Of a stretch of DNA of 64,000 nt, positions 37,771 to 49,497 are shown piece by piece; positions within the stretch are counted from its first letter, which is position 1; every line of letters begins with the position of its first letter. Source of the stretch: Nemertoderma westbladi. Taxonomy: Eukaryota > Animalia > Xenacoelomorpha. The translations under genes were made by a program, and so were the position numbers. The stretch spans positions 62,001-126,000 of the forward strand of contig JAUCBJ010007900.1 in NCBI GenBank assembly GCA_032718475.1. The letters run 5' to 3'. A model generated the notes under the pieces. The model searched no databases, was not told the origin of the DNA, and worked only from the letters and a program-made list of their open reading frames with translations.

Positions 37771-38289
37771 CGCAAACTCTATAGTATAAGTTTACCAAGA
37801 AAAAGTACAAGTACCGGTAGCGGTAGGACTTGCTTTTTATACCAGCAAAAGTACATTCAGGACGTGCTTTAGAAAATATTTTGTTTAAAAATAATTAATT
37901 TTAGATGGACCGGGAATTATTTTAATATCGATTACATAAACCAATAATTAACTAAAGCACAAACTAATGGATTAATTAGTGTAGAAAGTACTATAATAAA
38001 CAAAACAATAGTAATGTTGAATAGTTAGTAATGATAAATAATATTATATGGAACTTACAGATTGATATACTAACTAAAACCGCTAAAAATTGATAAATAT
38101 TTAGAACTTGGGCGTGTGGCGTTAAGTAATCAAAAGGAGTTTAACGGAGTCAAAGAAACTAAATAATAAAGGTATATTACTGGGGGGAAGCAGTAAATAA
38201 TATAGTGTCGTCATCATGTTCAAAGATAAGAGGAATATAAATAATACGGGGTAATGATGGGGAAAAAGGGTTATTGTACATAACAGCTG

Positions 38290-38945
38290 TTGTGCACAAC
38301 ACATTATGCGTGCGTAACTAACAGTTACAGTACACAACACATTGTGCGTGCGTAACTGACAGTTACAGTACACAACACATTGTGCGTGCGTAACTGACAG
38401 TTACAGTACACAACACATTGTGCGTGCGTAACGAACAGTTATAGTACACAACACATTGTGCGTGCGTAACTGACAGTTACAGTACACAACACATTGTGCG
38501 TGCGTAACGAACAGTTATAGTATACAACACATTGTGCGTGCGTAACTGACAGTTACAGTACACAACACATTGTGCGTGCGTAACGAACAGTTACAGTACA
38601 CAACACATTGTGCGTGCGTAACTGACAGTTACAGTACACAACACATTGTGCGTGCGTAACGAACAGTTACAGTACACAACACATTGTGCGTGCGTAACTG
38701 ACAGTTACAGTACACAACACATTGTGCGTGCGTAACTGCAGTTACAGTACACAACACATTGTACGTGCGTAACGAACAGTTATAGTACACAACACATTGT
38801 GCGTGCGTAACTGACAGTTACAGTACACAACACATTGTGCGTGCGTAACTGACAGTTACAGTACACAACACATTGTGCGTGCGTAACGAACAGTTACAGT
38901 ACACAACACACAACACACTGTACGTGCGTAATTAGCAGTTACAGA
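38290..38945. repeat. 38-bp satellite, ~17 copies
   Basis: Unit cacaacacattgtgcgtgcgtaactgacagttacagta containing the palindrome gtaactg-a-cagttac. Confidence 0.95.
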
Positions 38946-38969
38946 GTTAAAAATCACCCGCCCATATTT

Positions 38970-41388
38970 ACAGTACACAACAGTTTGTGCGTGGTTAACT
39001 AACAGTTATTGTACTTAAACTAGTGTTTAACTAACAGTTATTGTACATCACGTACAACAGTTTGTGCGTGATTAACTAACAGTTATTGTACATAAACTAC
39101 AACAGTTTGTGCGTGGTTAACTAACAGTTATTGTACATAAACTACAACAGTTTGTGCGTGGTTAACTAACAGTTATTGTACATAAACTACAACAGTTTGT
39201 GCGTGGTTAACTAACAGTTATTGTACATCACCTACAACAGTTTGTGCGTGGTTAACTAACAGTTATTGTACATAAACTACAACAGTTTGTGCGTGGTTAA
39301 CTAACAGTTATTGTACATAAACTACAACAGTTTGTGCGTGGTTAACTAACAGTTATTGTACATAAACTACAACAGTTTGTGCGTGGTTAACTAACAGTTA
39401 TTGTACATAAACTACAACAGTTTGTGCGTGGTTAACTAACAGTTATTGTACATAAACTACAACAGTTTGTGCGTGGTTAACTAACAGTTATTGTACATAA
39501 ACTACAACAGTTTGTGCGTGGTTAACTAACAGTTATTGTACATAAACTACAACAGTTTGTGCGTGGTTAACTAACAGTTATTGTACATAAACTACAACAG
39601 TTTGTGCGTGGTTAACTAACAGTTATTGTACATAAACTACAACAGTTTGTGCGTGGTTAACTAACAGTTATTGTACATAAACTACAACAGTTTGTGCGTG
39701 GTTAACTAACAGTTATTGTACATAAACTACAACAGTTTGTGCGTGGTTAACTAACAGTTATTGTACATAAACTACAACAGTTTGTGCGTGGTTAACTAAC
39801 AGTTATTGTACATAAACTACAACAGTTTGTGCGTGGTTAACTAACAGTTATTGTACATAAACTACAACAGTTTGTGCGTGGTTAACTAACAGTTATTGTA
39901 CATAAACTACAACAGTTTGTGCGTGGTTAACTAACAGTTATTGTACATAAACTACAACAGTTTGTGCGTGGTTAACTAACAGTTATTGTACATAAACTAC
40001 AACAGTTTGTGCGTGGTTAACTAACAGTTATTGTACATAAACTACAACAGTTTGTGCGTGGTTAACTAACAGTTATTGTACATAAACTACAACAGTTTGT
40101 GCGTGGTTAAGGCGAGCCTTTACATACATCGAAAAATTTGTCGATATCTGGTTTTGTACACATTCTAATGCGAAATTTTATGCAGATTCCGAATCTGAAA
40201 TCCGTTTTGAATTATATTGTTTAGTTTTCGAGAAACACTCGTGTTTCCATGAAATGTTTCCATAAAAATATGATTAATATTATTTTCCCCAAAAAATGTG
40301 TTTCCCGACTTAAGCAGACAGACTAGATTTTGACGAACATCAAAACTGATGCCCGAAATGAAATCAGCGACCCCGAAAACCCCCATAATGAAAATGTTAG
40401 TTTGAATGTGTGTTTTTGTATGTTGACCGACATTCGAACAGACAAATAGACATACTCACAGACAGCCAAACTGACAGATGGACAGACAAAATTCAATCAA
40501 AAATCAAAACTGACATCGGAAATGAAATCAGCGACATGGAAAACCCCCAAAGCGAAACTTTTAGATATTTCGCGTGTTTTATTTTATTTTGACGGACAAA
40601 CCAACAGACAGACAGACAGACATTCCTACAGAAAGCCAGACAGACAGAGTTGATTTGTCTTAATTTGAAAACTGACATCAGAATTGAAATCAGCGACTAC
40701 GAAAACCCCCATAGGGAAAATTTCAGCTGCCTGCTTCCTTAAAATCATTCATAAATGACTATTTTAATTAATTCATATCGGCAGTCACATAGAGACTGAC
40801 CAATTTGCGCGGGAAGGTTCAAACTTTAAATGCAATTTACTCGAAATGTAAATTCTCCATTTTTGCTGAAATCAAAATGATACTAGTCAGTCAATTTTTT
40901 ATTGTTTGTGTTGAAATTTTAAGTTGAAATGTTCAAGAGACATGACTGATCATAAGTTATAGACAAAATTTTGAAAAGTTATATAGAAGTGACATTTTCG
41001 TGCCAAAAACAGAAAAATTTCAATTTTTTTTTTATTTTTGACTTTTTTGGTTATAAAACAAAATACATCAAAATCCTCTATAACTTTTGCGTATCAACCA
41101 GATTAGATGCCCCCTACCAAATCTCGTAACATTTCAAGTACTTGGTCACGATCCTTAGCATTTTGAGTCAATTAACAAATTTGCCAATAAAATTGGAGGG
41201 AAATTTAAATTTCAAAAAATATTGGTTAAGAAATATCTATGACACCTTGGTATTGTGTATTTAGCGTATAAAAGGCTACAATAAATCAGTAAGGCTGGAA
41301 AAATGGAAGCTGTCTCCCATATGCCCGCCTTAACTAACAGTTATTGTACATTGACTACAACAGTTTGTGCGTGGTTAACTAACAGTTA
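38970..41388. repeat. 45-bp satellite (~25 copies to 40110, resumes 41330-41388 after an insertion)
   Basis: Unit cataaactacaacagtttgtgcgtggttaactaacagttattgta, nearly invariant; related to the adjacent 38-bp unit. Confidence 0.95.
40111..41329. mobile_element. TTAA-targeting non-autonomous DNA transposon (Kolobok-like), ~1.2 kb
   Basis: Inserted at the ttaa of a 45-bp unit with TTAA duplicated (40107-40110, 41330-41333); termini ggcgagc... / ...gcccgcc (RR..YY); three internal gaaatcagcgac...gaaaacccc repeats and gaca microsatellites. Confidence 0.8.
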
Positions 41389-41889
41389 ACAAACTTGCTC
41401 AAACAAAATAAACTGCAGACTTGTAACCTCTGGTATAACTGCTATACATACGTAACTAATAGCTACTTATACAGACTCATGGCTCGCATAAACTGGGATA
41501 GACACTTTTGGACTATATATACAACAACACGAAGTGGGGCCTCTGCGCATTAACTTATGCTAAATGTTAATTCGAAGGAATTATAAGCAGATGTCCCCTA
41601 CTTACTTCTATCTCCTAGATACAGACTGGTTAACTTGCGATCTACAAAAACGCCCATGTGAAGAATACCAGGATTTCACTTTTTTTTTAGCTAAATTAAT
41701 TCGTATAACCTGGACACATACGCATTGGTTTGTTGTTCTGGTTAGATTCAGCCCTTCTGTAACTTGGGTTTTTAGTCAATTTAAAAACTCACAATCTGTC
41801 TAGAATATATACTCTGGTAGATATCAATAAGGAAGAGAGGAATATTTATAAACAATAATAAAAAATCGTCAAGGATTTTATTTCAGTTC

Positions 41890-42350
41890 AGACATTTCGC
41901 CCTCTAGAGGTAGGCTGAAGAATTACAGATGGATGGATTAGCGACCCCACAGCCTCAGTCTATGAATGGTCTAGCACGCATATCTGCCAAGTTTCAGTTT
42001 AAACGGTTCAAAATCAGGGAAAACGTGGAAGGTTTTCACTTTTTCGCACTCTAGCGGCAGACTGGAGAACTGAGACCGATCACCTTACTCTCAAAGACTT
42101 AGTAAGCGGTCTAGTACATATACCAAGATTCAACTTAAACAGATTAAGATGAAGTTTTAGTTTGGACAGATTAAAAGCAAATAAATGGCAGATGTTTAAT
42201 GTTTAGACATGTAGCCTTCCAGCGGGACACTCATGAACCGATGGTGTCTGAAAGTATCTCTAAAATATAAACTTTTGGTCCTAATAATGCCGAGAACTTT
42301 TCTCAGACGAACAGCGAACAAATCCGACAAAGTTTTTGGTCCGTGAAGTA
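41890..42350. repeat. Interspersed repeat with ~150-170 bp internal units (HINE/pearl-like)
   Basis: Three diverged units starting ttcgccctctagagg / ttcgcactctagcgg / tagccttccagcgg; the first two also share ggtctag.ac...ccaag.ttca. Confidence 0.45.
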
Positions 42351-44384
42351 TACCAGATTTCTGCAGTTATATTTCACTTTATACAGTTTACCCCCCACGT
42401 GAATGGTATCAGTATATTATGGAAGTTATTAGCATGTCACAATCGCGACGACGACATCTATTTGCAAAAATAGTTACGTATGTCAACAACGTGAAGAGAA
42501 GCCCAGAAGACCAATCAAATTAATCAACCGTCAAATGTGGACTACAAATCGTCGCAAAAGAATTATTTCCACTTATGTCTGAACATGATCAACAGCTAAA
42601 ATCTATTTTTGCTATGCGTTTATTTTAGTAATAATAATAAATCATAAACATAAGATCTACTGCGAAGGTGCTACATAAAACAAAAAGGAAATGGTTTGAA
42701 GCAACACGCCTGAGATTGTCTAATTAATTAAATAGAAACTTAAATCGGCTATATTAGTTTCAAAGCAATTTACAGCACCGAAATGACCCTCGACATGTTA
42801 AATATTGTAAACAATAAAGGCAAAACCTTGGAAGGAAGTTGATGAGAAATTATACCGATAAAACCAATTACGATATATACAAAAAAGTAAAAACAATGAT
42901 AAAATTAATAAATTATTAGATTAACAATAAATTTGTGCGAATAAACTGCCACAGTGCCACCGTGTGCCACCCTACATGTGCGGATGATTGATAGAGCATT
43001 GATTTTATGTAGAATTCAAAATCTCAATTCTTTTTCGTACAGCTTTTTATTTAGGGGATGGGGGGGGGGGGGGGGATATAAAGGTCACAACACTCTCACG
43101 ATGACAATTACAAACCTGTTTTGAGATTTACAATATTCCCACTCCGTTCTCGCCTTACTGTGTTTGTGTTAGCGGATTAATTCGGTCCATTAGGCGATTA
43201 AAACGACGGTTCAGTTGAAGCATAACGGTTGTGATATACATAAATCGTGTATTTGATGGATGACTTTAGTTTTAGTGCGATTATTATAAATTAATAAATA
43301 CTTACATACCGTACTAATAGCTACGTTACCCCACCCCCCCCCCCCCCCCCCCCCCCCCCTTCCCCTAAAGGCATTATGATTGTTTAATGATATGTTTGTG
43401 AACTGTATAATTTTATGCTCCCAGATGGTGACAAAACGTAATTGCTGACAAATAAATAAGAATAAGATAATTGGAATGTAAATATTAAATTATTTGCGAC
43501 ATATTTGTCGTTTGGTCGATTGCCAACATACTTAATACCAAAATGAATGCAAATATCAATACCAAGTGATTTCTCTGCTTTACATGAGACCTGGTGCTGG
43601 TAGACATGACAATACGAAAACATATAGAGTTACCAGGTGCTCAGCTCGAAGAAGAAGCCGCTAGGGGCGTTCTTAAGCTGTGTTATGGGCGCGCATTGGG
43701 TTGGTGGGGTGGGGGTGGGGGGGGGGGGGGGGGGGGGGGTCGAACTTACGAGCAGGGGGTCCCGTGACATCACGCAGGCAAGTTAAATGTTTTCATCTTA
43801 GCCGAACTTCCACATTTGGATTGAGTCATTATCTAGTATGAAATGTGCCGAACACTAACTCAAGTTAAATTCAACGGAACCTTTATATGGGTGGCCGTCG
43901 GGTATAAGTATATCGGTTAGTATTTTTGCCTCAGTATTGTACGTCAGGAATATGGATTAGTACCAGTACGACATGTAGCGACAGCGCATTCTATAGTGAA
44001 GCGCTATTTAACGCAATTTTAAATCATTTATTATAACAAAAAAAACCCAAATCAATCAGATTACATTAGTACCGGTATTATTATAGTTGTCCCATGATTA
44101 TCGAATAATAATGTTAAGCAATTATATGTGAAGTAAATCGTGTGATCCATGAAAAAAGTAAGACCAAATCAATGCTCTGTTTCATTTAAAAAGAATCACA
44201 AATTATTTGTAAAAAAAAACATTATATAAAAAGAGACCGAGTTTCTAAATCAATAATCTTAACTGTTGTCATATAGATGTTTTCCACCTAATAAGGTAAA
44301 TGCCTTGGAGGATCGCGCTAAATTAAATTATATCTACAGGCCTACAAAGAAATACGGCGGGAAAAAAAGAAGCAGATATAGTGA

Positions 44385-46658
44385 TTACTGGACCCGGGCT
44401 CTACGTTTAACCCAAACGTCTACGGAACCCAGCGGGACGTCTCGCACAAAGTGCCAGGCCTCGAATACAGTCAACCCCGTGAGCCAATCGTCGTTGATAC
44501 GAAGGACCTCGTCGCCAAGTCTCAGCTGAGCCGAGCGGTCTGCGACCCCACTAGCGAACATCTTTTTTATCGAGAGCGGGAGGTCCCCCTCCATGCAGCC
44601 CTTCCCGCCCTGCAGACTAAACCCCAACCCCGAACTGGAATTCGTCACCTCCAACCGGACCTTAACGACCTCGGTAGCCACTCCCTCCTCGTCGCCCATG
44701 GAGACCACCTCGGCGCTACACCTATTGACCCCCCTGGCGAGCACCAATACAACCTCGGCGCGGTTGGACTTGAGCAGCCGGACGCAGTGTGAGTGAGTGA
44801 GTCCGGTTACGAGCCTCCCGTTGATCGAGAGGATACGGTCGCCTTCCCGGACCCGTCCGTCCCGGTACGCCAGCCCGTGTTTAATCACCCGGAACACCTT
44901 AACCTCCGGAATCTCCTGGTCCGATCCGCCGGACACGGCCAACCCGACTCCGGCCCCGTTGTCCCGCTGTAGGAAGACGACGAGGATCTCCGTGTCCGAG
45001 TCTGTGTCGCTCTGTGAATCGTTGGCCTCGGCGACGAGTCGCTCGATCTCGTCCGGCGGGAGGATATCCGTGACGCCGCTCGCAAAACTCGCTCCGCTGC
45101 TCGCTACGCTCGCTAGCGAAAGCGTCCGGCCGTCCAGACCCCGGAAGTGTCCGGAAACCGCGGTGTCGTCACCCACCGACATATCGTACTCCGTCATGTC
45201 GGTTACATCACTGTCCGCCCAACGGTCGTCCCCCGAGCTGTCCGACCGGCCGTCCGGGTCCATCCCGACGTCTGAGTCCATCCGGACGTCCAGAATCCGG
45301 GATACGGGCTCATTCGGGATCGCCGAGATGTCGAGACACGCCAGAGAAGTTACCGGTTCGCCGTCCGTCGCCGAACAGTTCAACTCGTCGGTTACCGGGA
45401 GAGCCTCTAGTCGCGGTGGGGTTGGTGTGCGAGTGGCGGGCGGGCAGTTTGGGGTGGAGCTGTGTATGCGGGGTGTATCGGTGCAGGGAGTACAGGTACT
45501 GCGGAGTTCCCGGGGGTCGCCCCCCACGGCGCGGAGTTCACCCCTAGCTTCCCCCGCCGCTGCCCCCCCTAGGGGCGCCGAATAGTTCCGCGACCTATTA
45601 GACTCCCCGGGTTCCTCCCCCAACGACCTCCGCCCAACCCGCTGCTCGTATCGTGCCGTGTGCGCCGATAGGCCGCGCTCCACCGACGTGGAGTGCACTA
45701 ATTGGCTGGATTCTGTCGGTTGGTATAGAAACGAGCCTTGGTTGCGCGGCAACGAGGACTCGCCCATGTGGGAGTGTCGCCGTCGTGTCGGGAGCGTGGC
45801 GGAACGGTCGGGGGTCGGTTCCTCGCTGATACTCGCGCGCGTCACTAGTCGCTTATTGCGCAACATCGACAGTTCGTCCTCCACCGACAGGGGGGCGTCT
45901 TCCTCCGGCGCGCCGGCCGGTTCCGTCACGGGGGTCGGAGCCTTCGGCAGCGTGTTGACAACGACTGGGGGTTTTACCGACATGACGGGTTTACTCTCGT
46001 CGACTTCCGCCAGCCACCCAGGCAGTTGAATGTTCCGTTTAGGCGCTACGAATTTATTGCGGGGCGGTTTATTTACCGGCCGTTGGTACAGCCGAGGGAA
46101 GTCGCCTTCTTGTTGCACGAGATTGATAGCCGGCGAGTCGAAACTAAGAGAACGTTTGAATTTATCTTGATAATGCGGGTCGTTATAGAAACTGGTAACC
46201 CCGCTGGAATCCTTAATGTAGTCAATATCGTTAGCTTTCAGGTCACTCAGACGGCGCAGTAACCCTCGCCGTTGCGGCTTCGAGGTACCGGTAGTCGTTG
46301 TTGTTTCGTCTGGTTGCGGGTCCAACGGCGTCGGCATGTGCCGGCCCGGAACCGTCGACCTCCCGGAATCCGTTTCAAACTCCGCCAGGGATTCCTCGGT
46401 GTACATCTCGTGGAGTTTCTGGAGTCTCAGACTGGTCTTCCGGAGGCCGGTGGTCGGCTGTGTCGGGACTTCGGGCTTGCTCGAGGGTTCCTCCTTAGCA
46501 GTGCCGTCTCCAGACACCATCGGCGTGGTTCCGTCACTACTACGTGGCGGTGTATTCGACTTGTCCGATACCGTTGTATTCGTCCGAACGCCATCGTCTT
46601 CGTCCCACTGCGGATTCTCTTGGTTAATATTGCTATCCTCAGTATTACTAGAGGTCAT
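44385..46658 (-). CDS. Pro-interleukin-16 / PDZD2-like protein: long disordered N-terminus plus two C-terminal PDZ domains, intronless
   Basis: 757 aa GC-rich ORF; PDZ GVGLAVSGGSDQE..VKVFRVIKHGLAYRDGRVREGDRILSING; last PDZ GLGFSLQGGKGCMEGDLPLSIKKMF...GLTVFEAW closely follows IL-16 [25 protein letters not shown]...GLTRFEAW; in-frame stop just upstream of the ATG. Confidence 0.9.
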   Translation of the reverse strand: MTSSNTEDSNINQENPQWDEDDGVRTNTTVSDKSNTPPRSSDGTTPMVSGDGTAKEEPSSKPEVPTQPTTGLRKTSLRLQKLHEMYTEESLAEFETDSGRSTVPGRHMPTPLDPQPDETTTTTGTSKPQRRGLLRRLSDLKANDIDYIKDSSGVTSFYNDPHYQDKFKRSLSFDSPAINLVQQEGDFPRLYQRPVNKPPRNKFVAPKRNIQLPGWLAEVDESKPVMSVKPPVVVNTLPKAPTPVTEPAGAPEEDAPLSVEDELSMLRNKRLVTRASISEEPTPDRSATLPTRRRHSHMGESSLPRNQGSFLYQPTESSQLVHSTSVERGLSAHTARYEQRVGRRSLGEEPGESNRSRNYSAPLGGAAAGEARGELRAVGGDPRELRSTCTPCTDTPRIHSSTPNCPPATRTPTPPRLEALPVTDELNCSATDGEPVTSLACLDISAIPNEPVSRILDVRMDSDVGMDPDGRSDSSGDDRWADSDVTDMTEYDMSVGDDTAVSGHFRGLDGRTLSLASVASSGASFASGVTDILPPDEIERLVAEANDSQSDTDSDTEILVVFLQRDNGAGVGLAVSGGSDQEIPEVKVFRVIKHGLAYRDGRVREGDRILSINGRLVTGLTHSHCVRLLKSNRAEVVLVLARGVNRCSAEVVSMGDEEGVATEVVKVRLEVTNSSSGLGFSLQGGKGCMEGDLPLSIKKMFASGVADRSAQLRLGDEVLRINDDWLTGLTVFEAWHFVRDVPLGSVDVWVKRRARVQ

Positions 46659-47127
46659 CTTTGCTTAGTGGATTACCGGTATTATGGGATAAGTATATAG
46701 GGTATCACTTATTGCTCTATTAATTAAAACATTAAATTCAGCTAATCAACATTATACAAGAAAACCAAAACAACCATTGTCTGATTGAGGATTGCATTGT
46801 GCGCACAAGGCGCAAGCTGCGTGCAAGCAGGGTGTTTGAATAAATAAATACCGTACCGGCGTACCCGACACCCGTACCGGTATATAAAATAGGCCTGCTA
46901 TCAGAATATTACCGGTGTAACAGGGAATTTTCACTCCCCATGCAAAGTGCAAAAACAGTCGCAGTGTTGACCGTTGACCATTTCAGCATTTCTGCATTTG
47001 TTTGACAGTTTTTATGTCAGTATGTCAGTATGTCAGTATGTTATCAAACTCAGAAACTGCTTACCTTATTGTTGTATAGTTTACTTAAGTTTACTACGAC
47101 TGTACGACTACTGACTCTGACCATATG

Positions 47128-47220
47128 GATTCCCTCAATTGGTAAAGTGATCGTTTATTGTTTTGGTTAGAAAAGCCTGCCTCTGTAACCAGGTAACCGG
47201 CTCCTTTCCTTCAATTGGTT
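47128..47220 (+). repeat. Isolated ~1.3 copies of the 68-bp family A-derived unit
   Basis: ttccctcaattggtaaagtgatcgtttattgttttggttagaaaagcctgcctctgtaacc matches the 9295-9940 units. Confidence 0.8.
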
Positions 47221-47849
47221 TATGACGTGTGTTACTTAAATTATGTGGAAGCTCCGAAACACGTTAATCCCGTTTCCCGTAGTGTATTTTAACCCCCTTC
47301 AGGGCTCCAGTGTAAACTCATACATGCATTTATAAATTTTCACTCCGCACGAATCAATCACCGGTTAAATATTGTATTATCCTATTGTATTTTCACTCCC
47401 GGTGTATTTTTTTGTATCTCCTACAGTATTTTACTTATTACTATATACAAATCACATGAGTCGTACTATATTATTATTATTATTATTACACTCGGTTTAA
47501 TTTAAAATACCTGGTATATAAATTTATACGGGGAAACACCAGCTACTGTACAGAGTAGGTACAAATATCTAATACCGGTAACAGATATGAATATCACTAC
47601 TGTACACTTATTAGGTGGATAAAATATAACTTGATGGTCGCAGGCAACAATAATGCATAAGTAGATAAAGGTAATAAAATCAACATCAAGATGTCAAGTA
47701 GATAATTACATAACATCGTGAATGTACGTACATACAGTAGGTAAGATTATAAATCGCAAAAAATCAAGATATTCAAAAATCATAAATTACAATGTTTGGC
47801 TGGAATAGATAAAAAATCTCAGGTTAAAATTACACGTAGAAGTTGGCAT

Positions 47850-48345
47850 AATTTATTATTGCGGGATTTATTATTAGAAGCAATATCGGACGTGATTTGG
47901 TTTCGATATATAAGTGGGAGCGCCCGTGATATTAAATATTTCTGAGACTGACTGGGGGTTTGTTGCTCCGAGAAAGAATAATTGGGGCATTGAAGGAGGT
48001 AATGTTCCTCATCTTCAACGGCGCCGCAGGTACAGAGACGTTTGTCGCGAGGTGTCCTTGAGCCGCAGGTACAGAGACGTTTGTCGCGAGGTGTCCTTTA
48101 ATTAGTATCTTTCTTTCTCTATCTGTAGTTCGTGAGAACTCGTACGCAAACGTGCGAATGCCGTGATGTCTCCCGATGAGTACATTTGGTCGTAGGCTGT
48201 GGGTCTTGTTAGCGTTGGGTTTATTTGGAGGTAGGTTATATATTTGGATTTGCCATTATCTGCTTTCTTGGTAATTGATTCTCTTAACGAATTCATATTC
48301 TCGGATTCTGCTTTTGTGACGTCTAGTGTTTGAGCACATGATACT
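47850..48345 (-). mobile_element. 3' fragment of a non-LTR retrotransposon (RTEX-like C-terminus)
   Basis: KYITYLQINPTL...ARLRTSSHELQIEKERY, then after a frameshift and a 39-bp duplication RTPRDKRLCTCGAVEDEEHYLLQCPNY (Cys/His knuckle); aataat-rich 3' end. Confidence 0.7.
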
Positions 48346-48556
48346 ATATAGTCTACAAATGGGGTGCAGCATTGCTTTTGTCTAATAGCAACAAAGACAA
48401 TAATACTACTACTACAATAAATAATTTCGAAAAAACCAAAATAGCATTAAAAACACTTGGAAAGCCATCAATTCAGCAGAATTACACCGATCGAAAAAAA
48501 TGTCAGTCCCCAAAAAACTCGTAGTATCAACCGCAAAAGGTACCCAGACTGTGACT

Positions 48557-49223
48557 GATCCATCCAGGGCCCCGTCCCCCCTATGGCTGCGCCAATGGAT
48601 CCATCCAGGGCCACGTCTCCCCCCCCTATGGCTGCGCCATTGGATCCATCCTGGACCCCGTCCCCCCTATGGCTGCGCAACTGGATCCATCCAGCCCCCC
48701 CTATGGCTGCGCCACTGGATCCATCCAGGGCCCCGTCCCCCCTATGGCTGCGCCACTGGAATCATCCAGGGCCCCGCCCCCCTACGGCTGCGCCACTGGA
48801 TCCATCCAGGGCCCCGTCCCCCTATGGCTGCGCCACTGGATCCATCCAGGGTCCTGTCCCCCCTATGGCTGCGCCACTGGATCCATCCAGGGCCCCGTCC
48901 CCCCTATGGCTGCGCCATTGGATCCATCCAGGGCCCCGTCACCCCCTATGGCTGCGCCACTGGATCCATCCAGGGTCCCGTCCCCCCGCTATGGATGTAC
49001 CACTGGATCCATCCAGGGCCCCGTCCCCCCCTATGGATGCGCCACTGGATCCATCCAGGGCCCCGTCCCCCCTATGGCTGCGCCACTGGATCCATCCAGG
49101 GCCCCGTCACCCCCTATGGCTGCGCCACTGGATCCATCCAGGACCCCGTCCCCCCCTATGGCTGCGCCACTGAATCCATCCAGGGCCCCGTCCCCCCCCT
49201 ATGGCTGCGCCACTGGATCCATC
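48557..49223. repeat. ~41-bp tandem array (~16 copies) of GATCCATC plus a CAG...CTG mini-element
   Basis: Unit gatccatc-cagggccccgtcccccctatggctgcgccactg; the array starts and ends exactly on gatccatc. Confidence 0.93.
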
Positions 49224-49497
49224 ATTAATTTCAAATATTTCGAATAATTATTTTACTATGATAGGATCGTCCCTCGCCATTTCCGTACTTCGATCACGTA
49301 GTTGTCCAACACGGCATATACAGTACGTTACAATAGACCTACATACTCCTGTATATGCAGACCGTTGTAACAATAGCAACAGTTTTCGTGCTTTACGTAG
49401 ACTCAAGGACTACTAGTCAGTTTAATATTGTTTATATTATATATATTACTTATATTTGTTTGTGCGTAACTCCCCCCCCCCCCCCCCCCCCCCCCCC

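Noticed and set aside
26205-40110. CRISPR-like appearance of 31-, 38- and 45-bp hairpin-containing repeats
   Set aside because: Units are head-to-tail with no unique spacers, there are no cas genes, and the context is eukaryotic.
44266-46700. Several + strand ORFs up to 262 aa
   Set aside because: Antisense shadows of the GC-rich IL16-like CDS; no recognisable domains.
48468-49416. Pro/Trp/His-rich ORFs
   Set aside because: Translations of the ~41-bp tandem array in several frames.
49456-49497. Poly-proline N-terminal extension of the LINE ORF
   Set aside because: Derived from a poly-C tract upstream of the ATG at 49498; the listed start is TTG.
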